This document shows, piece after piece, positions 43,118-54,692 of a stretch of DNA of 64,000 bases. The notes under the pieces are model-generated. The model was given only the letters and a program-made list of their open reading frames with translations. It ran no database searches and was not told the origin of the DNA. The stretch comes from Diplonema japonicum (taxonomy: Eukaryota; Protista; Euglenozoa: Diplonemea). The stretch lies in contig OZ025726.1 of NCBI GenBank assembly GCA_964019335.1, positions 186,001-250,000 of the forward strand, read 5' to 3'. The position numbers were made by a program, and so were the translations under genes. The stretch's first letter is position 1, and the number at the start of each line of letters is the position of its first letter.

Positions 43118-44789
43118 TCAGCACGAGGGATCATAGACACCCATGTCGAGAGGTTTCGGTGTTCCGATACTGGGATTTTTTTTTTCCCCCCCCAAAAAAA
43201 AAAAAGAAATCGCCATACAAGTTGGTCAATCTCGACCAAAGGTCCGACCCCGCCCTAGATCGTGATTGAGTGGAGTACCCTCTCTGCCTGGAGTCACAAT
43301 CATCCACCCTGAGAGCTTTAACAGGTGAAGGACTCTCACATAGGGACTCAGCCAACGACACCCTGTCATCATCAATATAAATCCTCTCCGCTCTTGGCAT
43401 CATCCGGTGCCACCCAAAACCATTCGTCATAGTAGATGATATCGGGAGCATGCACACAACGGAAAAGGCAGCGATGGTGATGTATATAGTAAGCTCTGTG
43501 AAACTAGAAGCAAAGTGAGTGTACAAAGAAGCAGCGACAGCACCAAGCCCCGCAGCGGCACCCCACGATGAAAACATCACAATGGGAGAAATACTATATT
43601 GCTGGATAATACGGAGGAGGATACTAAACAGCTGCACATTGTAACCAGACACACCACCCCCGAGCAAAACGGCCACGAACGACAACGATAATTCTGTCTC
43701 GTGTGCGTCTCCCAAATAGTGAAGAAGGCAACATCCTGCAACGGACATCACAGCAGAGAGGGAAACAGAGGAAACTGGTGTGGAATACGACACAAACAAT
43801 CCCATTAAAACCGACCCAACAACACCTGTGGAACAAGCGATGGGAAGTACGAACCCTACAGAGGTTACATCTGAATCGTTGGCTTCTTTTGAAAGCCGTA
43901 CCCACAACTTGTGAAGTGCCACCCCGTGGAACACCCACGGAACAGCTATCAACTTCACCCATCCCAGTTCTGACCACACTCGCTTCAAACTGTTTTCTTC
44001 TGTGTAATATCCAGCAGAGAGTTGGTACCCCGTACCCCCGTCCCATTTCGGGCGTTTTATGTGCATTCCAAGCCCGGCAACGCCGAAGAACAAAACGCAA
44101 ATTTGTAAAACAACGCGATTTGCGTAATTCGACAAAACTGTAGTTGCCAGAAGTGCAAGATGAACTTGCGTGTACAACACCCCGCCTGCAAAACCTACAG
44201 GCGACTCCGGGTACACCCTTAACAAGGAATCAACAGAAACCCCTGGCATGATCCATAGGACCCCCAACGCCACCCCGCAGAACCCGGTTGTCAGAAGAAG
44301 CGTTATTTTAGAATGCGGGAAAATGAAGATCAACACACTGGATATCAATCCGGAAAGACTCGCGAAAACCCCCATTGAGGTATCGGACACGAGCGATAGA
44401 AAAAAGGGAGCGGCGGAGAAAGCGAAGAAAGCGACCAATGCCAGGATGATGGAGATGATGGCTGCAATAGGGAGCCCTCCCACTTTTGCATTATATAGGT
44501 CGACCTCCGTGGCCAACGGGAGGGACAGAATGGGTGCCATTGACAAGGAGACAGCTGTGGACATCACGGACACCCTGCGGACGAAGGTTTTGTTCCCTTC
44601 CACGCCAAACTCATTCTCTTCACTTGTATCGCTCCGCCTTGTGGTTGCAACGGTCTCTTCATCATCATGGCACGGTGTACCCTCTGTTCTCAAGTGCTCT
44701 AGACCCCACCCTTCATCATGATCGGCGTCCCCATTGACAGCCCCCAAAAAAGGGGGGCTCGTGGGGCTACTCACCCCGTGGAACTCCGT
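43118..44789 (-). CDS. MFS-like multi-pass membrane protein (start uncertain)
   Basis: About 11-12 hydrophobic segments; intron 43170-43218; no ATG at the 5' end of the open frame. Confidence 0.7.
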
Positions 44790-44898
44790 TGTCCCCCCCC
44801 TTCCTGTTTTTAGCGTGGAATTAAGGAAGAAAACAAAAAAAAAAATGGAATTCTACACTTAAGAAAGAAAAAAAAATTTTTTTTTTTTTATATTTCTT

Positions 44899-45384
44899 TC
44901 AAAGAACCATTACCAAATCGTACCAAGCGTCTTCTCCGTGTACTATGGGGGATTTTCCCATCAGCGTGAACCCGACGGATTGGTAGAAACCTGTCAGTTT
45001 CTCTTTAGCGATGAGGGAGATTTTTGTGATGTTTGTTTTCTTCACGTGGGAGAGGTACGCAAGAAGGTTGGCACGTGCGTGGCCCTTCTTTTGGTATTGT
45101 GGAAGGGTGACGACGCTGTGGATGCAGAGGTGAGTTCCAGTTGGGTTGTGGCTGTACATAGCCTCTTCTTCAAGCTTGTCGCCTACGCTTAAGGTGCCGC
45201 ACACGAAGCCTACAAGTTCACCTGTTTCCTCTTCCGCCTTCAGAAAATAATCGCTCGCCTCCTTCATCCTCGATTCCAATACCTCTTTGCTCGCCATTTC
45301 ATCCGCGGGGTACCCCTCCTCCTCCGCCACCGCGATTTTATCCAAATCGGACTCGACAGATATGGGGAGGCCGTACTTCGTCAT
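44899..45384 (-). CDS. GNAT acetyltransferase (AANAT/PAA1-like)
   Basis: EEEGYP.DE.AS, LCIHSVVTLPQYQKKG, LIAKEKL..FYQSVGF, HG..W. Confidence 0.9.
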   Translation of the reverse strand: MTKYGLPISVESDLDKIAVAEEEGYPADEMASKEVLESRMKEASDYFLKAEEETGELVGFVCGTLSVGDKLEEEAMYSHNPTGTHLCIHSVVTLPQYQKKGHARANLLAYLSHVKKTNITKISLIAKEKLTGFYQSVGFTLMGKSPIVHGEDAWYDLVMVL

Positions 45385-45574
45385 TTTTTTTTTCCCTTGT
45401 TTGGTGTGTGGGGGGGGGGGGGGGGGGGGGGGGGAAGTATGGAAACAAAAACAAAAAACAAAAAAAAAAAACTAAAGAGGAAAATATGGAGGAAACCAAT
45501 CAACACCCCCAGATGGATAGGAAGACGGGGTGGGTTTGTTCCTTAATTTTTTTTTTTTCTTTTTCAGACTCAAA

Positions 45575-46162
45575 TCAAAGCGGAATTTTAACCTTTTGTT
45601 TTTTAGCCCACGATACGAATTTGAAAATTTCCGGCGCGTCCAGGAGGAGGCTGACCGTGTCGTAATGCTCTGCTAGCGTCTTGTGATCAGCGAAACCGTG
45701 AACAGCGTTGTGGCAGGGTCGGCAGATGCCGATGGTGTGGTGGCAGGCCTTGCGAGTAAGCTTGAGATGCTTCACACACCAGTCATGCACCTTTTTAGGG
45801 TGGACATGGTGCCGGGTAATGGCAACAGTTCGCTCACAGAGCTCGCATTCTCCAGGGAGGAGGTCGTCGCCTTCGTCTTCTTCTTCTTCAAAGAGCGCAT
45901 CCCGCAAAGTTCCTGGCAGCCTCTTGACCAACTCACAAACTTCATCTTCTTCAACACCATATCCTACCATGGCATCAACAAGCCCAGCTCGATCAAGCCT
46001 CTTTCTTGCATCGTCCACAGTCTCTGGGATGTCTTCCCCCCACTCAATCACCTCTTCCACCAGCGACACCGTAAGGTACTCCAAATCATTTTCCGAAATG
46101 CTGAGAATCGATCGGGCAACGGTGGACGCCACAACCGGGCTGACATCCTCTTCATCCCACAT
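45575..46162 (-). CDS. HNH-domain (YisB-like) protein
   Basis: CELCER..TRHHVHPK..ICRPCHNAVH..LAEHYDT..LL..FVSW. Confidence 0.8.
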   Translation of the reverse strand: MWDEEDVSPVVASTVARSILSISENDLEYLTVSLVEEVIEWGEDIPETVDDARKRLDRAGLVDAMVGYGVEEDEVCELVKRLPGTLRDALFEEEEDEGDDLLPGECELCERTVAITRHHVHPKKVHDWCVKHLKLTRKACHHTIGICRPCHNAVHGFADHKTLAEHYDTVSLLLDAPEIFKFVSWAKKQKVKIPL

Positions 46163-46502
46163 TTTTTTTTTTTTTTTTTTTTTGTGTGTAAAAAAATACC
46201 TATACACGGGTAAAGATACGGGTAAAAAATAAAAATAAAAAAAGAATAACAAAAAGAACTTATAAAGCAACATTCGTGGAGAGGCTCAAGGAGTACGGGG
46301 AAGAAAAAAAAAGAAAAGTGCGAAGAGGGGGGATCAGAGTGCGAAGAGGGGGATGAACAAAGGGAGGGGAAAGCAGGAGTAGGGGAAGGGGGGGGGGATA
46401 TGTCTTTTCTTCCTTTTTCTTTTTTTTTCATCTAGGCAGGGGTGGGGCGGGGTGGGATTAATGTCATAAAAAAAAAAAGAGAAAGAAAAAGATTCAACAG
46501 AA

Positions 46503-46548
<46 letters not shown>

Positions 46549-46586
46549 ATCTATGAAAAAAAATCATTGTGACCACCTCCCTTCCC

Positions 46587-48820
46587 TTACTTCCTTATCC
46601 CGAGCATGGGCACACCAGGTGCTCGGGGCGTAGGCGGAGTGGAAGGAGTGGGGGTAGATGCCTCATTAGGTGCAGAAGCGATGGAAGGCCGGGGCCGGTT
46701 AAAAAAGTTTTTGAAAGAAGGCGTCTGCTTGATCTGCGGCATGGTCGTAGCTGGCCGCATGGTAGCTGCATTCCGAAGAGTAGGGCTTGTGGGCCGTGGC
46801 CGTGCTCTGCCTCTCTGTAAATTTAAATTTAGATTTCCCCCCTCCATACCAGTGTGTGACACGGATCGTCATGTCCGGAAAAAACGCTTCCGGGAGAAGA
46901 AAACACTTTCGCACCAAATGCAGCCGTATTGACACTACTGGCACCGCCTTTCGGTGTGCTGCTTTGCGATACGGTAGGGGTTTCACTCCCACTGCTCAAG
47001 GTCGTTGTGCTCGTTGTAGCTGACACACTACGAGTCTTCCTTGTCGACGGCTTCTTGCTAGTCACTGCCGTGCTTGTGCTGGACCCCAGGACCGACGCCA
47101 CAGCGCTGCTCCTAGCCGACCCTTTCCGCCCTGGGAGGGTGGTCTGGATTGGTTCCGACACCAGAGAAGGCGTCCTGCTCTGGCTGTACTTCTTTTCCAT
47201 CTTCTCGCCGAAGGGTCTGTTCGTCAAACAGCTTTGCTGCAACGGCACTATCAGACTCCGGTTTGAATCGTTCATCCCAGTCCTTGCAGGAGGGTTCCAC
47301 ACAGAAGCCCCTACCTCCGTCGCACGTAGCGGTCTGCTCACCCCGACCATCGGGTTGAACAGACTAGTATCGCTGCTCCTGTACACCACCACGCTCTGTG
47401 GCTGTTGAAGTTGGGGATAATATGCCGTTGTTCTTGTGGCTGTCATGCTGCTCTGTCCATGTATGGCAGCCATGCTCCCCTGCACAGGTGTGGCCGCCAT
47501 CACAGGTGTCGGTGCTGGGGCAGGTATCGCCCTGAACTTTGGCGTCCCCGGCAGCGTCCCTACATTACTCTCCTTAGGCGACCCTACTGCGCTCGGCTTC
47601 ATGGACTCTGTCCGACCCCTCCGTATCTCCTCGTGCAGCCGCTCTCCCGACTGAAGCAGTTCCATCACTCGTGATTCCAACGACTTCTCGCGCTTCACAG
47701 GTCTTGCCGGTGAGTAACACTTGCTCGGTGGCTTGTCATTCCCGATCCTCGGGGGCGTCACGGATGTTGTTGCCTGGTAAGGGCTGGAAGACCGCTCAGC
47801 GGGGCTGCCGATTAAAAAAGGGCTCCCGGGTTCCAGGTTAGGTAAGTCGTGCTGCTGTGTGTGAGTAGGGGAGACAGAGGCAACACGAGAACTAGGGCGA
47901 GAGAGTGAAGGGGATCCAAGCCTTCGCTGGTAAGCTATGACACACTGGGAGTGGACGGAAAAGGAGGGTGTCACAGGAGCGGCAGAGGTGGCGGGGATGC
48001 TTATTGTACTCAGGTTGAGCAGCGGGGTAGGTGCCGGTGTGACCGGCATGCTGCGAGCCGTATTCGGTGCCCCGCGTGCTGTGTCCGGTACCCCACGCGC
48101 CGTGTCTGGTGCCCCGCGTGCCGTGTCGGGCCTCATCGAACGGACCTTAGCCCTGTCGGCACCGCCCTTGTACGTCGCCTGTATCTTCGTGGCGGCTTCA
48201 TCCTCTGTGAGCGGTGTCCTCGAGGTGTTCGGTGGCGACAGTGGCAGAGCGAGGGAGATGAGGCTGAGGGGAAGCAGCGAGAGAGGCGGGTCGATCCCCA
48301 GACACTTCGGCCTTCCCAAGAGCTTCATAAACAGCGGTAAAGGATGCCACAGTAGGGATGAATGACTTTTCGGGAGGTGCTTCGCCGCGCTGTGCAAGGT
48401 TTTGCGCACCTTATCGGCGGCGGAAGAGATACCGGCGGGGAGGGGGGTGCCCACCGTCCAATTTTCGCACAGCTCTACCAAATCAAGGGCAGCCGACTTG
48501 TGTTTTCGGATGCTGAGGGTCGCGGTGGGGTCCTTCCGAGCGAACTCTACAGCACGGTGAGCAGATGCGATCCATTCACGGGCTTCCTTAACCCCAACAT
48601 TGCCTAGCACAGCGATGTCAAGCAACGACACAATACTGTCCTTGCTGCCTTCTATCGGGTTCACGTACCCACACAAGACCCCTCGCACCAACCTCGCCTC
48701 CACACCCAGCATTATAGCCACCATCCCCGCAGGCGCGCAAAACACATCGCCCCCTATCTTCCCGTTCCACAGCCTTCCCACAGGGCTACGTGCAGTTACA
48801 TTGCTCGCTAGCGACTCCAT
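46587..48820 (-). CDS. IQ-motif, S/P/T-rich disordered protein
   Basis: AATKIQATYKG..DR IQ motif; PDTARGA repeats; intron 46815-46849 joins the 46587 ORF. Confidence 0.7.
48054..48132. repeat. 21-nt in-frame tandem repeat (PDTARGA x4)
   Basis: RPDTARGAPDTARGVPDTARGAPNTARS in the translation. Confidence 0.75.
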
Positions 48821-49128
48821 CGATGCATTTGAGAATGTGGGGGGGGCGAGAAACTTTTGCACACAGCAATTACCCTCCTGATTAATGCTTACGAGAAAAA
48901 AGAATAAAATTTCCAAAAACACATAAAAAAAAAAACACAGGGCAAACAAAAACAAAAAAAAAAAAAAAGAAACTGCAGTGGGAAGATGGGAGAGGGAGGG
49001 GGGGGTATTCTATGTCGAAATTTCATTATATTTACAGGGGGAAAAAAAAACAAAAAAGGGGACGGGGAGAGGAATACAAGTATTACTTTTTTTTTTTGTC
49101 TCTTTTTTTTTGTTTTCTTCTCTTTCTC

Positions 49129-50253
49129 CTAGTACTGTTTCGCACGCCTCGGCGAACCAAGAGCGGACGCCGCAAGGTTGTACTGCTGCGACTGTTCCAA
49201 AAAGAGCACTTCAGAATCGCGAAGCGCTTCCCTGTGACGCTCCATATTTATCTCACGCTCCATCAGCGCACGCTCCTCATTGTGCATAGTACCCTGGCGG
49301 GTGGTGACCTCAGCGTTAAGCGTGACATTCGTTTGCGTCTGCTGGTGAAGAGCCTCATTCTCAGCTTGCATGGAAGCTAGCTGTGCCTGAAGAGCTTGAA
49401 TGGACCGATGTATCTCCTCTTCTTGAAGTGTGTTGTTTTGAATCGTCTGCTGAGCTTGCTGTATCTCAGCCTCGCGGTTCATTACGTCCCAGCTGTCAGC
49501 AGCACGGTGGAAGATAATATCCATGACGTTGGGAAAGCGTTTCGAGAGCCCTTCGAAGTCGGAGGGCGCCAGCCACCCCTTGCGGTGCGGGTCAACGGAG
49601 TTGAAGAGCAGCTCGAGCGTCTCATCATTGAAATCGATGAACTTCCGCACCCACGTCACGAAAAGCGTTATGGAGACACGCCCGGTTGCCTCTTGGTCCA
49701 TTTCTTCGAAAATATACTTTAATTTCTCTGTCTCGCTTACATCGGCGGACGAATTTTGAGGCAGTTGTTGTTGATGCTGGTGAGCCGGTTGTAAATACAC
49801 TCTACTTCCACTCGCACTACCACTCACAGAAGTTTGATTTCTAATAACACTCCTGGCGCCGTGCTGTGATACATGTTGTGTGGGCATTGTAGGAATGGGT
49901 TGTGGCATATGCCGGATAGACCCTACCGTACTGGGCGGCCTTGGTGGGGGCAGGTCTTGTTGCACATCGGAGTGTTGGTTTGTTTGGGGCTGAAAAGCGT
50001 ATAGTTGCGAGCCGTCCCTCAGCTGTCCCATTGAGACAAGGTCGACCCATTTTCCTACTTGCTCGTTGAATACTTGGAGCCGGTTTATCGAGAATGGTGA
50101 TCTAGGTTGGTTAGGTGCTCTCATAAGGTCGCCCTCCTGCTCCATCAGGCCCACGATGAGCTCGCGAAGCCCTATCAAATCTATTTTATTCGAGACATTC
50201 ACTTCTAGGTTGATCTTGTTTGAATAGAGATCTGCACAGATTCGGAGATACAT
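49129..50253 (-). CDS. BILBO1: BILBO1-family protein (ubiquitin-like NTD, EF-hands, coiled coil)
   Basis: ADLYSNKINLE...KWVDL...QLRDGSQLYAFQP..HSDVQ.DLPP matches the trypanosome BILBO1 NTD; two EF-hand-like loops; coiled-coil tail. Confidence 0.82.
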   Translation of the reverse strand: MYLRICADLYSNKINLEVNVSNKIDLIGLRELIVGLMEQEGDLMRAPNQPRSPFSINRLQVFNEQVGKWVDLVSMGQLRDGSQLYAFQPQTNQHSDVQQDLPPPRPPSTVGSIRHMPQPIPTMPTQHVSQHGARSVIRNQTSVSGSASGSRVYLQPAHQHQQQLPQNSSADVSETEKLKYIFEEMDQEATGRVSITLFVTWVRKFIDFNDETLELLFNSVDPHRKGWLAPSDFEGLSKRFPNVMDIIFHRAADSWDVMNREAEIQQAQQTIQNNTLQEEEIHRSIQALQAQLASMQAENEALHQQTQTNVTLNAEVTTRQGTMHNEERALMEREINMERHREALRDSEVLFLEQSQQYNLAASALGSPRRAKQY

Positions 50254-51444
50254 TTTTTTTTTTTTGGTGGATTTTTTTTCTCAGACCCCCTCCCTCTCTT
50301 CTCTCCCCACACAAACCCCTCCCTCCCCTTTTGTTTTCTTTTTTTTTTGGTAAGCAGAAGAATGTAAAAAAAAAAAAAAAAAAAAAAGTGGATTATAAAA
50401 AAAAAAACCGGGAAGAGAGGATGGAAAGAAAAAAAAGGGGGGGAGGGGAAAAAAAAAGAAAAATTGGAGCAGTCTACCATCTCAAGTAAGAGTAGTAGAT
50501 TGACAAAAAAGAAATCCAAAAAAAAAGGAAAATGGGGTGGGAAAAAAAGGGGGGGGGGAGGTCAAAAGGGTACGTACAAACAGGGGATGGGACGGGGGGG
50601 AAGAGAGGGGTTCATAAAAAAGAAATGAAATATCGCGTTTGTTTGTAAAAATAAAAAGGGGAGGGGGAGAAAACATATTAGGGTGAGGGGGGGTGGAGTA
50701 CAAAAAAGTTTTTAAAACCCGTACACTAATGGGGGGTGAAAGCAGGAAGTGCTGGGCGTGGGTCCACATTTGTGTGGTGAAGGGGGAAAACAGTTTTTTT
50801 TTATAACACTTTTTTTTTTTGAGAAAAAAAAAAAAGACAGAAAAAGAAAAAAAGAAAAAAATGGAAAAGGAAAACAGGAGACGGACTATAAGAAAAAGGA
50901 AGGAATAGACAGAAAAGAGGTCACGGTGTCCCTTTTCTTGTTTGGTGTTCTTTCCGGAGCTGTAACGTGGCAATCCAATGGAATGTTTTTTTTTTCTTCT
51001 TTTTTTGTTTTTTTTTCTCTCTTTTCTTCTTCTTCTTCTTCATTTTTTGTTTTGAAAAAAAAAAAAAAAAATAGAACACCATTTCCCCCTTCGGCCTCGA
51101 CGACCAACCCTCTCTTCGCCGTTTTTTTTTTTTTTTTTTTTTTTTTTTAGTTGTTTTTCCTCCCCTTTATGGGGAGAACAAAAAAAAAAGAACTAAAAAA
51201 AAAAAACAATCCTTTTCGTTTTGCTTTTTTTTTTTTTTTTTTTTTTTTTTTTTGTTTCCTCCTATTTTTCTTCTTTCCTATTTGTTTTTTTTTTCTTCCC
51301 TTTTTTTTTTTTTAATTGCTTTCCTTTTACTTTTTTGTTTACTCATACTCGAAACCATACTTTTTTTTTCTTTTTCTCATACTCGAAACCATATTTTTTT
51401 TTTTCTTCTTCTTCTTCTTCTTCCTCCCCGCAGGCAATTCCACT

Positions 51445-53064
51445 CTAATGATCAGCAGCATCCGCGGCGGAGGTGGCAGGGGTAGCGGGTGTGGCCTCGG
51501 GCTCAGGGACCTTGTTGGAGGTGATGACGGGAGGCGAGCTGGTGTCGAAGAGCTCCCTCCTGGGGGTGCGGCAGGCGTCGATGGGGTGCTTGTGGGACCT
51601 CTTGTCCTTGCTGAAGGACTGGTTGGAGGTGCACACGGCGTGCTCGTGGGCCTCAGCCGCCCTGCTCTCCCTCGGGGGCGAGCACTCGTCCATCTCGTGC
51701 CTGTGGTGCCTCTTGTCAGTGGTGAAGCTCGCATTAGAGGTACACCTGGGGGACTTCCCGCACCCACCCTCACCGTGGTCGTGCCCTGTGCCGGGCGGCG
51801 AGACCGACTTGTGCAGGTCCATGGTGTGGTCGTGCTTCCTCTTTGCGGCATTCATCCTGTTCAGCGACTTGCACTGACCGTCGGTCGTCTCTTCCGTCTT
51901 GCTGTACGCAGTCCCGCTGGGGTGGCACCCCCTGCAGCTGTCCACCATGTGCCTGTGCTTCTTCTTGTCGTAGGCGTACTCCTCGTTCGACACACAGTGC
52001 ACGGGTTTGGCAGGGGCACGGTTGGCCCCGCTCATGTCCCTCGAGTGCTTCTTCTTGCTGTTCGTGAGCGCGATGTACGACTTCTTCAACGCGGCGTCCT
52101 CAGTTCTCGGTGTGGGTGAGGTCCTCTGGGGCGAGCACTGGTCGATGCTGTGGTCGTGGTTCCTCTTCAGCTTGGAGAGCGCGATGTGCGACTTGCAGGG
52201 ACCCTCCTCAGCGGGGGCCTCTTCCACAGGCTCCTTGGGGCAGCACTGGTCGATAGCGTGGCGGTGGGCCCTCTTCTCTTTCGCGAACCTGTCCACACTC
52301 ACACACTGGCCGGTGTGCTTGGGCTCGGGCTCGGCTTCGGTCTTGGGCTTGCACTCGTCGATCCCGTGACGGTGAAGGGCCTTCTCCTTCCTGAAAAGCT
52401 CGGAGGACTGGCACCTGGGGGTGGTGGGGAGGCCACCGTTGTAAATGTCGTCGTGGGTCTTCTGGTGGCACTCGTCCATGCCGTGTGCGTGCATCATCTT
52501 GCTGGCCCTGAACTTCTCGGCGGAGGAGCACTTGGGCGAGGTCTTCGCATCGACGACACCCTCTGTGCCAGCGCCACCGGGAGTCTCGGCCCCGACGGTG
52601 GAAGCTCTGCGGGGCGAGCAGGAGTCGAGCTCGTGGTTGTGCTTGCGCTTCTTGTCGGCGAAGGTCTCGTTGGAAGAGCACTGGGTGGTGCCGTGCTTGC
52701 AGGCACCATCGTTCTTGGAGGCGCTGCGGTTGGGCATCATGGGGGTCATGTGCTCAACCTTCTCGTGGTTGAACTCCCTGCAGGACTTGTGGTAGGGGGG
52801 GCCCTGCATGTCACCGTGGGAGTGCCCGTACACAGTGGGCTCCCTAGGGGTCACCTCAACCTCCCTCCTGGGCGAGCAGGTGATGTCAGTCTGGTGGCGA
52901 CGCTTGTCATGGTCGAAGCCAGCGTGCGACCTCCTGGGGGTCGAGTGCACGCTCGATGCGGGCGAGGCGGCGGCGGCGGGGGCCCTCTGAGGGGAGGCGG
53001 TGATGTCCGCTGCGTGCTTCCTCTTGGCACGGGCAAGCTCTGCTGCGCTGGTGTAACCCGGCAT
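51445..53064 (-). CDS. Cys/His tandem-repeat protein of unknown function
   Basis: About 13 repeats of C-x-S-x3-F-x3-K-x2-H-x-H-x-(I/M)-D-x-C; GC-rich third positions; ATG follows an A-run. Confidence 0.85.
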   Translation of the reverse strand: MPGYTSAAELARAKRKHAADITASPQRAPAAAASPASSVHSTPRRSHAGFDHDKRRHQTDITCSPRREVEVTPREPTVYGHSHGDMQGPPYHKSCREFNHEKVEHMTPMMPNRSASKNDGACKHGTTQCSSNETFADKKRKHNHELDSCSPRRASTVGAETPGGAGTEGVVDAKTSPKCSSAEKFRASKMMHAHGMDECHQKTHDDIYNGGLPTTPRCQSSELFRKEKALHRHGIDECKPKTEAEPEPKHTGQCVSVDRFAKEKRAHRHAIDQCCPKEPVEEAPAEEGPCKSHIALSKLKRNHDHSIDQCSPQRTSPTPRTEDAALKKSYIALTNSKKKHSRDMSGANRAPAKPVHCVSNEEYAYDKKKHRHMVDSCRGCHPSGTAYSKTEETTDGQCKSLNRMNAAKRKHDHTMDLHKSVSPPGTGHDHGEGGCGKSPRCTSNASFTTDKRHHRHEMDECSPPRESRAAEAHEHAVCTSNQSFSKDKRSHKHPIDACRTPRRELFDTSSPPVITSNKVPEPEATPATPATSAADAADH

Positions 53065-53224
53065 TTTTTTTTTTTTTTTTTTAACTCGTAAGAACTGTGG
53101 TGGTATAAAAAAAATTTTTTTTTCGAATAAAAAAATCAAACAAAAAAAAAAGAATACACAAATAAAAAAAAAAACGTTGAACAAAAGGGGAAAAAAAAAA
53201 AACAAGAATTGAGGGGGAAAATAC

Positions 53225-54514
53225 TCACACAGACAAGACTCCATTGTAGTGCTCAACTTTATAAAGCAAAGTAGGGAGCGCACCCGGAAGGAGCGGAGTG
53301 TCTGGGAGCAACCCATCGATAAGAGATGAAATTTGCCCTTCCGGGAGAAACTGGCATGAACCAAGAAGAGAAATAGGAAAGGAGGTGAAGAGGCGCGACG
53401 TGAGGAGAAGACCATCACGGGAGGTCTTGGAAGAGACCTCCAAGGTGATCGGAACGTGCTTAGGAAACGAAGCCAAAATAGTTCTGGGCGCAACAACACT
53501 CCACGCAACATCCTTAAGCAGCCCCTCCGCTATCATTTTGTCAGTGTTGGTCACAAGAAGAACAACACCATCTAGAGACATTAAAACAACTCCCTGCACA
53601 CCATCTATTTGAACCTCGAATTCCGCAGGTGATTCGTCCTTCACACACCGACACACCAGATTACATAATGCTTCATTTGTTTCGTCAGATATATTTACGA
53701 GAACCATTTTCGACTTGATGATGTTGCCGTTGACTTCACAGTGGGCTTGAAGATAATGGTGGACATCGCCTGCCTTTGGTGTATATGAATTGCTTGTTTT
53801 GACAAAAGTGAAATCCCATCCGTTGGGTGAGATCTGCCATGTGCACAGGTTTTCCGATTCGGGTGTGATGGACTGAACCCGTAGTTTTTCCCCCACAGCC
53901 GGTTCGCCGAGGACGGTTACTGGCATTAACGACATTCGTTTCAAAGGACTGTTTGATTGGATGCTATTGTGTATTTTACTGTCTCGCCTGTTTCGGTCGT
54001 CGGAAACATATCTAGCTAGGTCGAGTATTTTCACGACCCACAGTGCGCGGGTTTCGCTTGTGTCGTTTGATGACAGTTCGGATGTAATGAGATCTGACCA
54101 CACGCTGTAGGAGGGCGCGTCGCCTGAGTACGAAAGGCATGTTACGGTTTCTTCCGTGTTTGTCTGCCTGACGCACGGGATGGTTCCCCCCCACACCGAG
54201 CTCTCTTCGTCCGATTCGTCGCTCGGCACGCCTTTCAATATTTCTTCCCAGTCGAATAGTTCTTGCGACCAGCAAAGCCCGATCATTTCTTTCAGACCCG
54301 GGTGATCGCCGCCCCATGCCGCTGCCAGGCCGTCTCGTTCAATCTTCGACATGCTCTTATAAGCTTGAGCAAATCGCGGGTGTTTCGCAAGGAGGTGAGG
54401 GAGCGGGAGCTTCAGAGTCATCGCGGTGGCGAGCTTCCCCGCAGGGGTGGAGGCGGTTGTGTACCCGGCGGATGCAAGCAGCAGGGCCTTCATGCCTCTC
54501 ATACCGTCGGTCAT
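53225..54514 (-). CDS. Hypothetical protein with AIR9/A9-type Ig-like domain and possible PH-like tail
   Basis: VLGEPAVGEKLRV..CTWQ..SYTPKAGDVHHYL..C pattern. Confidence 0.6.
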   Translation of the reverse strand: MTDGMRGMKALLLASAGYTTASTPAGKLATAMTLKLPLPHLLAKHPRFAQAYKSMSKIERDGLAAAWGGDHPGLKEMIGLCWSQELFDWEEILKGVPSDESDEESSVWGGTIPCVRQTNTEETVTCLSYSGDAPSYSVWSDLITSELSSNDTSETRALWVVKILDLARYVSDDRNRRDSKIHNSIQSNSPLKRMSLMPVTVLGEPAVGEKLRVQSITPESENLCTWQISPNGWDFTFVKTSNSYTPKAGDVHHYLQAHCEVNGNIIKSKMVLVNISDETNEALCNLVCRCVKDESPAEFEVQIDGVQGVVLMSLDGVVLLVTNTDKMIAEGLLKDVAWSVVAPRTILASFPKHVPITLEVSSKTSRDGLLLTSRLFTSFPISLLGSCQFLPEGQISSLIDGLLPDTPLLPGALPTLLYKVEHYNGVLSV

Positions 54515-54692
54515 TACTGGGTATTAATTTTATTTCTCTTTTTTTTTTGGCCCTTCCTAAAAGTATACTATTTTTTTTTCCCTCGTTTTTTTTGAAAGAA
54601 AGAATGGGGGGGGGGGGGGGGGAAGATGTGAGATGTTAAACTTACGTGTAGGTAGGTAGGGGGAGGGTAGAATTTTTTTTGTTTCCCTTGTT

